A stretch of 64,000 bases of DNA from Puniceicoccaceae bacterium (GTDB taxonomy: Bacteria > Verrucomicrobiota > Verrucomicrobiia > Opitutales > Oceanipulchritudinaceae), in NCBI GenBank assembly GCA_040830765.1, contig JBFOMH010000018.1:59418-123417 (forward strand), written 5' to 3'. The notes under the pieces were generated by a model, which saw only the letters and a program-made list of their open reading frames with translations, made no database searches and was not told the DNA's origin. Of the stretch, positions 1 to 10,108 are shown piece after piece (the first letter of the stretch is position 1; each line of letters begins with the position of its first letter). Made by a program: the position numbers and the translations under genes.

Positions 1-2
1 TC

Positions 3-1565
3 GATGAAAGTGGTACACCCCTCGAACCGGTTGCCAACCAGAACGTTCCCGCCAATGAATTGTGGTTTGCCGTCCACACCAATGTCCTCGGGGCCTGGAA
101 CCACGAATCTTCGAATAACGAGGCAGACCCCCGTTCCCTCGCCTGGCAACTGGAAGAGGGGGCAAAGTATACCTTGGAGTTGTCCGTTCGAAACCGTGAC
201 CACCTTGTCGATCGCCTGATTCTTTGGAATCGTGACCAGCTTGCCCTTGCTGACGCCACCACCGGCAAGGGAACCGACGAGTCCGCACTCGATGCCCTGG
301 AACGGTCCAGTGAAGGAACGGGATGGGTCTATGACGGGGACCTGACCAACCCGACCGACATCTATCCCCTGCTTGATCTGATCTACACCTGGCAGGCCAC
401 CCGGCTGGTTCCCCATAACAACCAGGGCATCATTGGCTGGAAGCACGCCACCTTTTATACCGGGGTCATGGAGCTCTATTATGCCAATCCCCAGCAAAAG
501 TATATCGACCTGCTGACCGGGATCAGCGAGGACAACTCATGGACGATGCTGGAAGTCAATGGTGACCTCTGGCGTCATGCAGACAACCACCTTAGCGGCG
601 AGACCTTTATCAATCTCTATATCGAGGACGGGGAAACCAAGCCTGTCCGCATCGCCCACGTGACCGAAATCTTCGATCGCATGCTGGCCCAGCCCTGGGA
701 CGGGCGCCGGATTTACGATTGGTGTGACTCCCTCTTCATGTCCCCACCGGTCTGGGCCATGATGGCCTCTCTCAAGGACGATGACAAATACCTCGATGAG
801 CTGGCCCGCCTCTGGTGGGACTCGACAGACTTCCTCTACAACCCCGAGTGGAATTTGTACTACCGCGACAAGTCCTACTTTAATTCCATCGAGGCCAACG
901 GCAAGCCCACCTTCTGGGGCCGCGGCAATGGCTGGGTCGTCGGTGGACTGGTTCGTGTCCTCGAATATATGCCGCAGGATTACGCCGGCCGGGGGGCCTT
1001 CGTTGACCTCTTCAGGGACATGGCTGCCCGTCTCGCTGACATCCAGATGGCCTCCGGTGGCTGGCCCTCCAGCCTCCTTTACCCGGAACGCTACAACTTC
1101 GACACGGAAACCAGTGGCACTTCCTTCTACGTCTATGGCCTCGCATGGGGTGTCAACAACGGCATCCTCGACCGCGCCACCTACGGGCCAGTCATCGAAA
1201 AGGGCTGGCTGGAGATGAACAAGTACGTCACCGAGGAAGGCGGCATCCAGAATATCCAGACTGTTGGCAAAGAGCCCGGCCCGGTAAGTGACGCCCTTGA
1301 CGGACGCGAATACGGCTATGGAGCCTTTATTCTCGCCGGACTCGAGATGGCGGAGTACTACAGCGCTTCCAGCGGTGATGACTGGCTCGGTTATCCCGTG
1401 ACGGAAGGCAACGGTCAGCGCTGGGCTGATACCACCGGCTTCATGGGTTGGCTGGAGATCTCCGCCGCCCCCTATGTCTACTCCCAGTCGCTTGACGGAT
1501 GGGTCTATATCGTCGAAACCACTGACCTTCAGCAGGGCTCATGGGCCTACTTCTTCAATAACTGA
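3..1565 (+). CDS. Multidomain glycoside hydrolase, GH105/GH88-type (unsaturated uronyl hydrolase), 5'-truncated by the window, with Trp-rich C-terminal tail
   Basis: Frame is open from position 3 (DESGTPLEP...). GH105-type motifs HADNH, WCDSLFMSPP, FWGRGNGW, ETSGTSFYVY, YGYGAFILAG. Confidence 0.8.
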   Translation, partial: DESGTPLEPVANQNVPANELWFAVHTNVLGAWNHESSNNEADPRSLAWQLEEGAKYTLELSVRNRDHLVDRLILWNRDQLALADATTGKGTDESALDALERSSEGTGWVYDGDLTNPTDIYPLLDLIYTWQATRLVPHNNQGIIGWKHATFYTGVMELYYANPQQKYIDLLTGISEDNSWTMLEVNGDLWRHADNHLSGETFINLYIEDGETKPVRIAHVTEIFDRMLAQPWDGRRIYDWCDSLFMSPPVWAMMASLKDDDKYLDELARLWWDSTDFLYNPEWNLYYRDKSYFNSIEANGKPTFWGRGNGWVVGGLVRVLEYMPQDYAGRGAFVDLFRDMAARLADIQMASGGWPSSLLYPERYNFDTETSGTSFYVYGLAWGVNNGILDRATYGPVIEKGWLEMNKYVTEEGGIQNIQTVGKEPGPVSDALDGREYGYGAFILAGLEMAEYYSASSGDDWLGYPVTEGNGQRWADTTGFMGWLEISAAPYVYSQSLDGWVYIVETTDLQQGSWAYFFNN

Positions 1566-1587
1566 GGATTAGCTTCGATTCAAAGGC

Positions 1588-3201
1588 TTACTCAAATCCC
1601 ACATACTTCAACGGGTGCCAGTCAAGAAGGTTGCTGTGCCAGCCGGTGACCGAGGGATCCTTGAGGTAGACGGTGACGTAGTGGTAAAGCGGAATGACGG
1701 TTTGTTCAGCGATCAGGTAACGCTCGGCAAGGGCATAACGGCGCATGCGCTGGACCGGATCGGCCGTCATGCGGGCTGACTCAATCAGGGTATCGTAGCG
1801 GACACTGGAAAAGCCGGCCCAGTTATTGGGATCCGTGCTGGTCCACAAGTTGAGGAAGGTTGACGGCTCGAGGTAATCGCCGATCCAGACTGCCCGGGCC
1901 AGTTGGAAGTCCCCGCTGGCCCGCCGCTGCAGGTAGGTCCGCCACTCCTGGTTGACGAGGACCACGTCTATATTCAATTCGGTCTTCCACATCCCCTGTA
2001 GAGCCTCAGCGATTTGGCGGTGGCTCTCGGAGCTGTTGAAGAGATACTCCAGTTTTGGGAATCCTTTTCCACCGGGAAACCCAGCGTCGGCCAGGAGGTG
2101 ACGAGCGGCGACTGGATCATGCTCCACCGGAATGTTGGCATTGTAGCCCGGCATGTTGTCGGGAACAAACCCCCCGGCGGCCCGTTGCCCGGCACCAAGC
2201 AATCGCCCGGCAATCGCCTCCCGGTTAACCGACAATGCCAGCGCACGGCGTATCTTCGGATCGGCCAGGACGCCATCGCGGACATTCGCCAATATGTAGT
2301 AGGTTCCCAAATACGGGTCGATGCGTATGTCCATGGAGATGCTGTCCACGTAGGCGTCCACCCGCGCCGGCGGCAATGAGTCGGTAATATGCAACTGACC
2401 GGCAAGGTAGGCGCGTTCTTCCGCCGCCGGCTCATCGATGGCCATAAAGCGGACTCCCTCCAGCTCAACAGTAGCGACATCCCAATACAAATCATTGCGC
2501 CGGACTTCCACATACTGGTTTGGCAACCACTCTGTTAACACAAACGGCCCATTGCCGACAAATGACTCAACCTGTGTCCAGGGTCCGGCACGGTTGGCCG
2601 GATTGTTTCCCGTCAACTTGTGTGACGGAACCGGATACCAGACCGGGTGCAGGAGAACGGAGAGAAAATATCCCACCGGGTTTTCCAGCCTTAACTCGAG
2701 AGTGTGTTCGCCAAGGGCTTTTACTCCCACCGTTGAAAAGTCATCGCTTTGGCCACGGTTGTAGGCCTCCGCCCCCTCAAGCAGGAACAACATGGAGGCA
2801 TAGGGAGCCCCCAGCGAAGGTTGCAAAACACGCTTCCAAGCCTGAAGGAAGTCGTCCGCTGTCACAGGCTGGCCGTCGGACCAAAGCGCATCCTCCCGCA
2901 ACCGGAAGGTATATATGGTTCCGTCTTCCGAGACATTCCATGAGAGGGCCACCGCAGGAATGGGTTCGAGAGTTTCCGGGTGTGGTGAAACAAGGCCTTC
3001 ATAGAGAGCCATCTCGATGTTCAGTTCCGCCGTTCCCGTTGTCACGTGCGGATCCAGTGCCTGTGGCTCCGGGCCATTGCCGAGGAGCAGGATTCCATCA
3101 CGCTTGGCCAGGGCAGCCGGTCGGTTCCGGGTGCAGGCAACTAGAAAAAGCGCCAACCCGAGCACGACAAGGGCTATTGATTTAAGCCACCTTCCAGCCA
3201 T
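1588..3201 (-). CDS. oppA: Peptide ABC transporter substrate-binding lipoprotein (OppA family)
   Basis: Lipobox-like LVAC; EPQALDPH, LYEGLV, YTFRLREDALWSDGQPVTADDF, VGNGPF. Start taken at MAGRW (3201). Confidence 0.85.
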   Translation of the reverse strand: MAGRWLKSIALVVLGLALFLVACTRNRPAALAKRDGILLLGNGPEPQALDPHVTTGTAELNIEMALYEGLVSPHPETLEPIPAVALSWNVSEDGTIYTFRLREDALWSDGQPVTADDFLQAWKRVLQPSLGAPYASMLFLLEGAEAYNRGQSDDFSTVGVKALGEHTLELRLENPVGYFLSVLLHPVWYPVPSHKLTGNNPANRAGPWTQVESFVGNGPFVLTEWLPNQYVEVRRNDLYWDVATVELEGVRFMAIDEPAAEERAYLAGQLHITDSLPPARVDAYVDSISMDIRIDPYLGTYYILANVRDGVLADPKIRRALALSVNREAIAGRLLGAGQRAAGGFVPDNMPGYNANIPVEHDPVAARHLLADAGFPGGKGFPKLEYLFNSSESHRQIAEALQGMWKTELNIDVVLVNQEWRTYLQRRASGDFQLARAVWIGDYLEPSTFLNLWTSTDPNNWAGFSSVRYDTLIESARMTADPVQRMRRYALAERYLIAEQTVIPLYHYVTVYLKDPSVTGWHSNLLDWHPLKYVGFE

Positions 3202-3274
3202 GGCCGAATTATCTAGCGATATCGTTGCTGAATGCAACCTTCCGAAAAAGGCTCTTCAAGCAGGGCTTGAGCAC

Positions 3275-4729
3275 TCACTCTCCCTGGGCCAGGGAGTAGG
3301 CCCTCTCACCGTCAAAGGTGTAGAGGTGTTCCGTCTTGATAAAGTCAAATCCGGCATTGGCCACTCGCAGCATCAGACTGGATATCTGGCTATGCGTGCA
3401 AGTACCCTCCTCGCTGGTAGCGATAAAGCGGCACCGCCAGTGATCGGTACAGAAAGTATCCTCGATTCCCTCGGGGTAAACCTTTACCCCGCGGTTGGTG
3501 ATCAGCTTGAGTCGCAATCCGTCGCCATCCAGTTCCACCAGGCCATCACCAATGACATCCGGATCCCGCTCCGCCTCATCCCAGTCGATAAAGACATCCA
3601 CCCCGACCAGTTTCTTTTCCTTGGCCGGATGTTCAGGCAATTCGATATGAATACCCTGGTTAGTGAAGTGGGCCGGTTCAAAGGAGCTCGGTTCCTGGCC
3701 CAGTCGGTCAATAACTGCATCCGCAAAGGCCTGTGTTCCTACCTTCTGCTTGGAAATGCTATCCTTGTAAATGTCGACCGTGTGAATGCCATCCTCGAGG
3801 GTCTTCAGCCAGGCATTACGGATTTTCGTGGCGATGTCCCCTTGGTCGAGATGCACCAGCATCATCGTGGCGGCATTGAGAAGACCGGACGGATTGGCAA
3901 TGTCCTTGCCGGCGATATCCGGTGCGGACCCATGCACCGCTTCAAACATTGCTGCGTCAAACCCGATGTTGGCGGAGCCGGCAAGCCCGACGGAGCCAGC
4001 GACCAAGGCGGCGATGTCGCTGACAATGTCCCCGTAGAGATTCAAGGTGACAATAACGTCCAAATCCTCCGGGTGGGCCGCCACCAGGGCCGCCCCGATA
4101 TCAATAATCCGGTGCTCGGTCTGGATGTCCGAATACTGAGGCTCGCCCGCCACTTCCTCGAAGACCTTCTGGAAGAGCCCATCGGTGTGCTTCATGATGT
4201 TGGACTTGGTCAGGCAGGTGACCTTCTTCCGGCCATAGGCCCGGGCATATTCCATTGCGTAGCGGCAAATGGCCTCACAGCCCGGGCGGCTGACCAGCTT
4301 CAATGACTGGACTACTTCATCCGTCTGCTGGTGCTCAATCCCGGCATAGAGGTCTTCCTCGTTTTCCCGGATGATGACCATGTCGATATTCGGAAAATTG
4401 GTGCTGACGTACGGCGAGTAAGCGACACAGGGCCGGACGTTGGAAAACAGCCGCAGGCTTTTCCGGATGGTCACATTGAGGCTCTTGTACCCGCCGCCGA
4501 GGGGCGTGGTAATGGGTGCCTTGAGAAAAACCGGATTCTTCAGCAGGGTCTTCCAGTCCTCCGGACTGATGCCGGAGGTATGCCCGCCGAGGTATTGCTT
4601 CTCGCCAATCTCGATTTCCTCATAGTTCAGCCGGGCGCCGGCCGCCTCCAGGATCCGCAGGGTGGCGTCCATGATTTCCGGGCCGATGCCATCGCCCCGG
4701 GCTACTGTGATGGTGCTCAAATCGCTCAT
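3275..4729 (-). CDS. icd: NADP-dependent isocitrate dehydrogenase with C-terminal extension
   Basis: GDGIGPEI, KAPITTP, RENEEDLYAGIE, NLYGDIVSD, FEAVHGSAPDIAG; C-terminal DHWRCRF...SLAQG typical of the long Thermus/Rickettsia-type ICDH. Confidence 0.92.
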   Translation of the reverse strand: MSDLSTITVARGDGIGPEIMDATLRILEAAGARLNYEEIEIGEKQYLGGHTSGISPEDWKTLLKNPVFLKAPITTPLGGGYKSLNVTIRKSLRLFSNVRPCVAYSPYVSTNFPNIDMVIIRENEEDLYAGIEHQQTDEVVQSLKLVSRPGCEAICRYAMEYARAYGRKKVTCLTKSNIMKHTDGLFQKVFEEVAGEPQYSDIQTEHRIIDIGAALVAAHPEDLDVIVTLNLYGDIVSDIAALVAGSVGLAGSANIGFDAAMFEAVHGSAPDIAGKDIANPSGLLNAATMMLVHLDQGDIATKIRNAWLKTLEDGIHTVDIYKDSISKQKVGTQAFADAVIDRLGQEPSSFEPAHFTNQGIHIELPEHPAKEKKLVGVDVFIDWDEAERDPDVIGDGLVELDGDGLRLKLITNRGVKVYPEGIEDTFCTDHWRCRFIATSEEGTCTHSQISSLMLRVANAGFDFIKTEHLYTFDGERAYSLAQGE

Positions 4730-4855
4730 AATCGTATAAATTACCGGCACGGAAGCAGGCTCCGGACCATTTGGCAACCATTAGGCAGGAAATTTCGAAG
4801 CGGATTCCAGAAATATCCTTGCGGGCACAGACCCTTGGGCTTTCCTCGATAGGGA

Positions 4856-5911
4856 ATGTCAGACTTACCGGAAATAACGAACAAACTGAGTGCGGGAACA
4901 AACCTTTCAGCCGGGGAATGCGTGACCGCTGCAGAGGCCCTGCCCCTGCCGGATGTCGATCCCCAGGAAAAAAAGGCCTTTCTGAAGGCGCTCCACCAGA
5001 AAGGAGAAACCGTTGAGGAAGTGACGGCCTTCGCCCGTGTGTTCCGGGGCCTCGCCAGCGATCCGCAATTGTCCGACATTGCCGCGGAAGCCATTGATAT
5101 CGTCGGGACGGGTGGCAGCGGCTCCAAGGGATTCAACATCTCATCCGTCACCGCCTTTATCGTCGCGGCATCCGGCACCAAGGTCCTCAAGCACGGCAAC
5201 CGGGCCATTACCTCACAGAGCGGCTCCGCGGATTTCCTCTCCGAGCAGGGCATCCGCATGGATACCGACCCCGCCCTCCTGCGGGCTGCCATCGAGGAAC
5301 TGAACTTCTGTTTCTTTTTTGCCCCCGCCTTTCACCCCGCCTTCAAGGAAATCATGCCCGTCCGCAAGGCCTTGGCGGAGGAAGGACAGCGGACTGTTTT
5401 CAACATCCTCGGGCCTCTCATCAATCCGGCTAAACCCGCCCATCAATTGCTGGGTGTCTTTTCTACCCAATGGGTCAGCCCTCTGGCCGGGGCCCTGGAT
5501 CAGCTTGGTTTGACTCGCGGCCTGGCCGTTTGCTCCGAGCTGCCCGGTGGTGGATTCATGGACGAATTGACCACCGCAGGAAACAATCATGTTCGCGGCT
5601 TTGGCAGCCTCAGTGAGATTGATGCTGTCTGGACTCCCGATGGTTTGGGATTCCCGCCCGCTTCAGCGGACGACCTCAGGGGTGGGACCGCCGCGGAAAA
5701 TGTCGCCCTCCTGAATGACATTCTTTCCGGGAACGGCCCCACCAGCCTGGTCGACACCCTCGCGCTCAATGCGGCGGCTGCCTTCATGGTTGTTGATCGG
5801 GTCGACAGCCTGGATGAAGGTTGCGCCCTGGCCCGGGAAATTTTGCTGGGTGGCGCCCTCCGGTCATGGCTGGAAAAGGCCCGCGCCTTCTATGCCGCCA
5901 CAGGTGAGTAA
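4856..5911 (+). CDS. trpD: Anthranilate phosphoribosyltransferase
   Basis: DIVGTGGSG, FNISS, KHGNRAITSQSGSAD, FAPAFHPA, RTVFNILGPLINP, MDEL. Confidence 0.95.
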   Translation: MSDLPEITNKLSAGTNLSAGECVTAAEALPLPDVDPQEKKAFLKALHQKGETVEEVTAFARVFRGLASDPQLSDIAAEAIDIVGTGGSGSKGFNISSVTAFIVAASGTKVLKHGNRAITSQSGSADFLSEQGIRMDTDPALLRAAIEELNFCFFFAPAFHPAFKEIMPVRKALAEEGQRTVFNILGPLINPAKPAHQLLGVFSTQWVSPLAGALDQLGLTRGLAVCSELPGGGFMDELTTAGNNHVRGFGSLSEIDAVWTPDGLGFPPASADDLRGGTAAENVALLNDILSGNGPTSLVDTLALNAAAAFMVVDRVDSLDEGCALAREILLGGALRSWLEKARAFYAATGE

Positions 5912-5914
5912 CTA

Positions 5915-7267
5915 ATGAAGTACTTTGGCACAGACGGGATCCGCGACCGTGTCAAGGGACCCCTCCTTGAACCAGGATTTGTCTACCGGCTGGGACGGGC
6001 CATCGGGCAATGGCTCAACCAGAAACCAGCCAGTGCCTCGCGCCATGTAGCCATCGGCCGGGATACCCGGGCCTCCGGAGCCAACCTCTTCTTGTCCCTT
6101 TCCCGCGGACTCGACAAGGAGGGTGTGCGGATTTTCGATGCCGGTGTCTGCCCCACCCCGGCCACAGCAGTTGCCCTCCGCATCCTTGGACTGGACCTTG
6201 GCATTGTCCTGACAGCTTCCCACAATCCGGCTTCCGACAACGGGATCAAGCTGTTCGGCCCCGGGGGTTGCAAGCTGCGAACGGAAGATGAGGAGGCCAT
6301 CGAGACACTCGTTGATGCCATTGCCCGGGAGGAGACAGAAGATCCCTCCCATACGCCAGCTGTTCGTTACTTTGAGGCACGCCGCCACTACCTCGAAACC
6401 TATAAAAGCCTTCTCCCCGACAATGGCCTAATGGGGATGCGGATTGTCCTCGATTGTGCCAATGGCGCAACTTACAGGACTTCCGGCGAGATGCTCACTC
6501 GGGCCGGGGCACAGGTTATACCCATCGGTTGCGATCCCGATGGGGACAACATTAATGACGGGCTCGGCAGCGAACACCCGGAAGCGATGTGCCAGGCTGT
6601 CCGTGAACAAGGAGCGAATCTGGGCATTGCCCACGATGGGGACGGTGACAGGGTTATTCTTTGCGACCATCAGGGACAGGTTGTCGACGGAGATGCCGTT
6701 ATGGCCATCCTCGGTAATGGATGGGCCCGACGGGGAGAGTTGGAGGGCAAAACAGTCGTTGCCACTATCATGAGCAATCTCGGTCTGGAGAAGTGCCTCC
6801 GCCCGGCCGGGGTCAACGTCATGCGCACGGGTGTCGGGGACCGTCAGGTCTTCTATGCCATGCGCAAGCACGGCTTTGTCCTCGGGGGTGAATCCAGTGG
6901 CCACTTTATCGCCATGAACTACCTGCCCACCGGTGACGGCCTCCTTGCGGCCCTTCTGGTCCTCCGGGAAATGCTGCAGACGGACGGTACCCTGGCCGAG
7001 CTGGCCGCGCTATTCCAACCGTTTCCGCAGTTGAAGCAGAATCTCATCGTTAGCAGCAAGCCGGATCTGGAAAGTCTTCCGGAATTACAAGCCGACTTGA
7101 AACAACTCCAACAAAGTCTTGGTCAACAAGGGCGCATCCTTCTGCGCTATTCAGGGACCGAACCAAAAGTCCGCCTCCTGGCTGAAGCTGAGGATGAAAT
7201 CCTTGCCCAAAAGACCTTTGACGACCTTGCCGGAATCGTCGCCCGGCACCTTCCGGTCAACCACTAG
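5915..7267 (+). CDS. glmM: Phosphoglucosamine mutase
   Basis: YFGTDGIR, GRDTR, TASHNP, DGDGDR, GGESSGH, RYSGTEP. Confidence 0.92.
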   Translation: MKYFGTDGIRDRVKGPLLEPGFVYRLGRAIGQWLNQKPASASRHVAIGRDTRASGANLFLSLSRGLDKEGVRIFDAGVCPTPATAVALRILGLDLGIVLTASHNPASDNGIKLFGPGGCKLRTEDEEAIETLVDAIAREETEDPSHTPAVRYFEARRHYLETYKSLLPDNGLMGMRIVLDCANGATYRTSGEMLTRAGAQVIPIGCDPDGDNINDGLGSEHPEAMCQAVREQGANLGIAHDGDGDRVILCDHQGQVVDGDAVMAILGNGWARRGELEGKTVVATIMSNLGLEKCLRPAGVNVMRTGVGDRQVFYAMRKHGFVLGGESSGHFIAMNYLPTGDGLLAALLVLREMLQTDGTLAELAALFQPFPQLKQNLIVSSKPDLESLPELQADLKQLQQSLGQQGRILLRYSGTEPKVRLLAEAEDEILAQKTFDDLAGIVARHLPVNH

Positions 7268-7317
7268 CCGGTAAAAGCGCATTGCCATCCGGGCCGGCAT
7301 GGCCAAGAAACAGTGGC

Positions 7318-8088
7318 ATGAAAGACGACCAAGGGATCATAAACTTTCTCAAGTTGCTGGCGTTCGAAAGCGCGAAAGTCATCAATCCCCTGTTCGCCAA
7401 TCCGGATCTCAAGATCGAGTTCAAGGAAGACGACACCCCGGTAACCTATGCCGACCGCAAGGCTGAAGAAGTCATGCGGGAGATGATCGCCCGGGAATTC
7501 CCAAATCACGGGATCATTGGGGAAGAGTTTGGGGAGGAGAACCCGGACGCGGAATTTACCTGGGTCCTGGATCCGATCGACGGGACAAAGTCCTTTGCCG
7601 CAGGCTGTCCCCATTTCGGTACCCTCATTTGCCTCCGCCAAAATGGCGTGCCCCAATGGGGGGCCATTCATATTTCCTCAATCGGCAGCCTCTATATCGG
7701 CAACAACGAACAGTGCCTCTGTAATGACCGGCCAGTTACCCTGCGGAAGCCGCCTTCACTCGAAAAATGCTTTCTCCTGACCACGGACCCCAAGAGCCCG
7801 CCGGTCTATCACAACGGGAAAGGCTGGCAGGCACTTCTCGACGCCACCGGGCAATACCGCAGCTGGGGTGATTGTTTTGGTTACACCCTGCTGGTCTCCG
7901 GCGGGGCCGATATCATGACCGACCCGATCCTCAACCTCTGGGACATCGCCGCCCTGCTCCCAGTGCTCAAGGGAGCCGGTGCTGCTGCCACTGACTGGCA
8001 GGGCAATCCACCGGACGGCGATAAAGGCCTTGTCGCTTCCCACCCGGATATCCACGACCAGGTGATCGCGCTGCTTGCCGGGGGTTAA
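7318..8088 (+). CDS. Inositol monophosphatase family protein, likely histidinol-phosphate phosphatase (HisN-like)
   Basis: TPVTYADRKAE, GEEFG, WVLDPIDGTKSF, GDCFGY, WDIAAL. Confidence 0.8.
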   Translation: MKDDQGIINFLKLLAFESAKVINPLFANPDLKIEFKEDDTPVTYADRKAEEVMREMIAREFPNHGIIGEEFGEENPDAEFTWVLDPIDGTKSFAAGCPHFGTLICLRQNGVPQWGAIHISSIGSLYIGNNEQCLCNDRPVTLRKPPSLEKCFLLTTDPKSPPVYHNGKGWQALLDATGQYRSWGDCFGYTLLVSGGADIMTDPILNLWDIAALLPVLKGAGAAATDWQGNPPDGDKGLVASHPDIHDQVIALLAGG

Positions 8089-8174
8089 GTCGCGCCGTTA
8101 AGGCGCTCACTACGTAGCGAGCGGGTTTACCCCGCGACAGAATTTCCCTAAGCGAGCGGGTTTACCCCGCGACA
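8089..8174. repeat. Cluster of three REP-like (GTAG-type) palindromic units
   Basis: AGCGAGCGGGTTTACCCCGCGACA is exact at 8116-8139 and 8151-8174. An inverted variant GTAGTGAGCGCCTTAACGGCGCGAC lies on the minus strand at 8089-8113. The cluster sits between convergent genes. Confidence 0.75.
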
Positions 8175-8177
8175 TCC

Positions 8178-8951
8178 CTACAACCGCGGAATTGTCAATC
8201 CGCCATCAACCATGACCACCTGGCCGGTGGAGTACGGAAAGTCACCGCGGGCCAACGAGCCGACCGCCTTGCCAACATCCTCCGGGAATCCCCAGCGGCG
8301 CGTCACGCACAAGCCATCGGAAATCAACTTGTCGTACTTGTCCGTGACCCCGGACGTCATGTCCGTCTTGGTCACCCCCGGACGCACCTCATAGACCGGC
8401 AGATCATACTCACCGAGGCGGGCGGCAAACAACTGGGTCGACATGCTCAATCCCGCCTTGGCGATACAATACTCACCCCGGTTGACCGAGACGACAGTGG
8501 CTGAAATGGAAGAGACGTTGATGATGCCTCCCTGGAATCCGGCATCGGCCTTCTTCTGGGCCACCATCCAGATGGCTGCCAACTGGCTCAGGAAGAAACC
8601 GCCCTTGAGGTTGGTCCCGACGACAAAGTCAAAACTCTCCTCAGTTGTTTCAAGGATATCGAGACGCTCCCGTGGAGCCACGCCGGCGTTGTTGATAAGC
8701 CAGTTCAGGGAGCCAAAATGTTCCCGTACCGCCTCGATCATTCCCTCCCGGGCTTCAGAGCTGCCGATGTCACCCGGAACATAGAGGACATCCGCTCCAA
8801 GGCCGCGCAATTCATCAAGAACATCCTTCACCTGCTCCTCAGGACGCATCCCGTTGAGGGCAAGATTGAATCCCTGTTCAGCGAGCTGGCGGGCGATCCC
8901 GAGACCAATGCCCCGGGTACCGCCAGTGACGATGGCAACTTGTTTACTCAT
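8178..8951 (-). CDS. SDR-family NAD(P)-dependent oxidoreductase (3-ketoacyl-ACP reductase-like, sugar-acid context)
   Basis: TGGTRGIG, NNAG, YCIAK catalytic motif, VDGG. Confidence 0.85.
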   Translation of the reverse strand: MSKQVAIVTGGTRGIGLGIARQLAEQGFNLALNGMRPEEQVKDVLDELRGLGADVLYVPGDIGSSEAREGMIEAVREHFGSLNWLINNAGVAPRERLDILETTEESFDFVVGTNLKGGFFLSQLAAIWMVAQKKADAGFQGGIINVSSISATVVSVNRGEYCIAKAGLSMSTQLFAARLGEYDLPVYEVRPGVTKTDMTSGVTDKYDKLISDGLCVTRRWGFPEDVGKAVGSLARGDFPYSTGQVVMVDGGLTIPRL

Positions 8952-8952
8952 A

Positions 8953-10104
8953 TCAGGCCTTCAGTTCAGGGAGCTCGATCCACTTCCGTTCTTCGGAGCT
9001 TTGCAGGCCAAGTTCCGCCAGTTGGACACCCTTGGCGCCTTCCAGGAGGTCCCAGCGGAATGGCTCATCAAGAACGACGTGGCGCAGGAACAGTTCCCAC
9101 TGGATCTTGAAGGCGTTTTCATAAGTCTCCTGTTCGGGAACCTTCTGCCAGCCATCCATGAAGTCAATCGGTTGCTTGATGTCGGGATTCCAAATCGGCC
9201 GGGGCGTGTTGCCGTAGTGCTGTGTCCAGACATCACGGAGGCCAACGACGGCCGAACCCTTGGTGCCGTCCACCTGCATCGTCAGCAAGTCATCGCGGCG
9301 CACACGTACATTCCAGGATGAATTGAAGTGGCAAATGACGCCATTCTCCAGTTCGAAGGTTGAGTAGGCAGAGTCGTCGGCGGTACACTTGTACGGCTTG
9401 CCTTCCTCGTCAATCCGCTCCGGGATGTGGGTCGCGGCCAGACAGGAAACGCTCTTCACATTGCCGAAGAGGTTGTCTATGACGTAGCGCCAGTGGCACA
9501 GCATATCAACGATCATGCCCCCGCCATCTTCCTTGCGGTAGTTCCACGACGGGCGCTGCGGAGGGATGGTATGGCCTTCAAATACCCAATAGCCAAACTC
9601 CCCGCGCACGGAGAGGATTTCGCCGAAGAAACCGTTTTCAACGAGGCGCTTGAACTTGACCATGCCGGGCAACCAAAGCTTGTCCTGAACTACCCCGTTC
9701 TTAACCCCGGCATCGCGGCAGATCTTGTAGAGCTCGTAGGCATCCTCGGTCTTGATCGCCGTCGGCTTCTCGCAATAGACATGTTTGCCGGCGGCAGCAG
9801 CGGCCTTGACCGCATCGAAGCGGCGCAGCGTCGTCTGGGCGTCAAAGTAAACCGGGTAAGCGGGGTCATTCATCACGCTGTCGAGATCGGTAGTATATTT
9901 CTCGACACTGGACTGTTCAATGAGGGCCTTGAGCTTGGTTTCATTTCGGCCGACGAGAATCGGATCCGGCATGATGCACTCCGTGGGGCTGATCTTGACC
10001 CCGCCCTGCTTGATGATCGCGTCGATGGAGCGCAGCAGGTGCTGGTTCGTGCCCATACGGCCCGTGACCCCGTTCATGATGATGCCAATAGTGTGTGTCT
10101 TCAT
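8953..10104 (-). CDS. Gfo/Idh/MocA family oxidoreductase
   Basis: [22 protein letters not shown]. Confidence 0.85.
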   Translation of the reverse strand: MKTHTIGIIMNGVTGRMGTNQHLLRSIDAIIKQGGVKISPTECIMPDPILVGRNETKLKALIEQSSVEKYTTDLDSVMNDPAYPVYFDAQTTLRRFDAVKAAAAAGKHVYCEKPTAIKTEDAYELYKICRDAGVKNGVVQDKLWLPGMVKFKRLVENGFFGEILSVRGEFGYWVFEGHTIPPQRPSWNYRKEDGGGMIVDMLCHWRYVIDNLFGNVKSVSCLAATHIPERIDEEGKPYKCTADDSAYSTFELENGVICHFNSSWNVRVRRDDLLTMQVDGTKGSAVVGLRDVWTQHYGNTPRPIWNPDIKQPIDFMDGWQKVPEQETYENAFKIQWELFLRHVVLDEPFRWDLLEGAKGVQLAELGLQSSEERKWIELPELKA

Positions 10105-10108
10105 AATT

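Noticed and set aside
3017..4306. 429-aa plus-strand ORF
   Set aside because: Antisense shadow of icd; no recognisable motifs; expected from codon bias in GC-rich genes.
8116..8174. Possible mini-CRISPR (two 24-nt direct repeats)
   Set aside because: Spacer is only 11 nt, a third copy is inverted, and no cas genes are present; REP-like instead.
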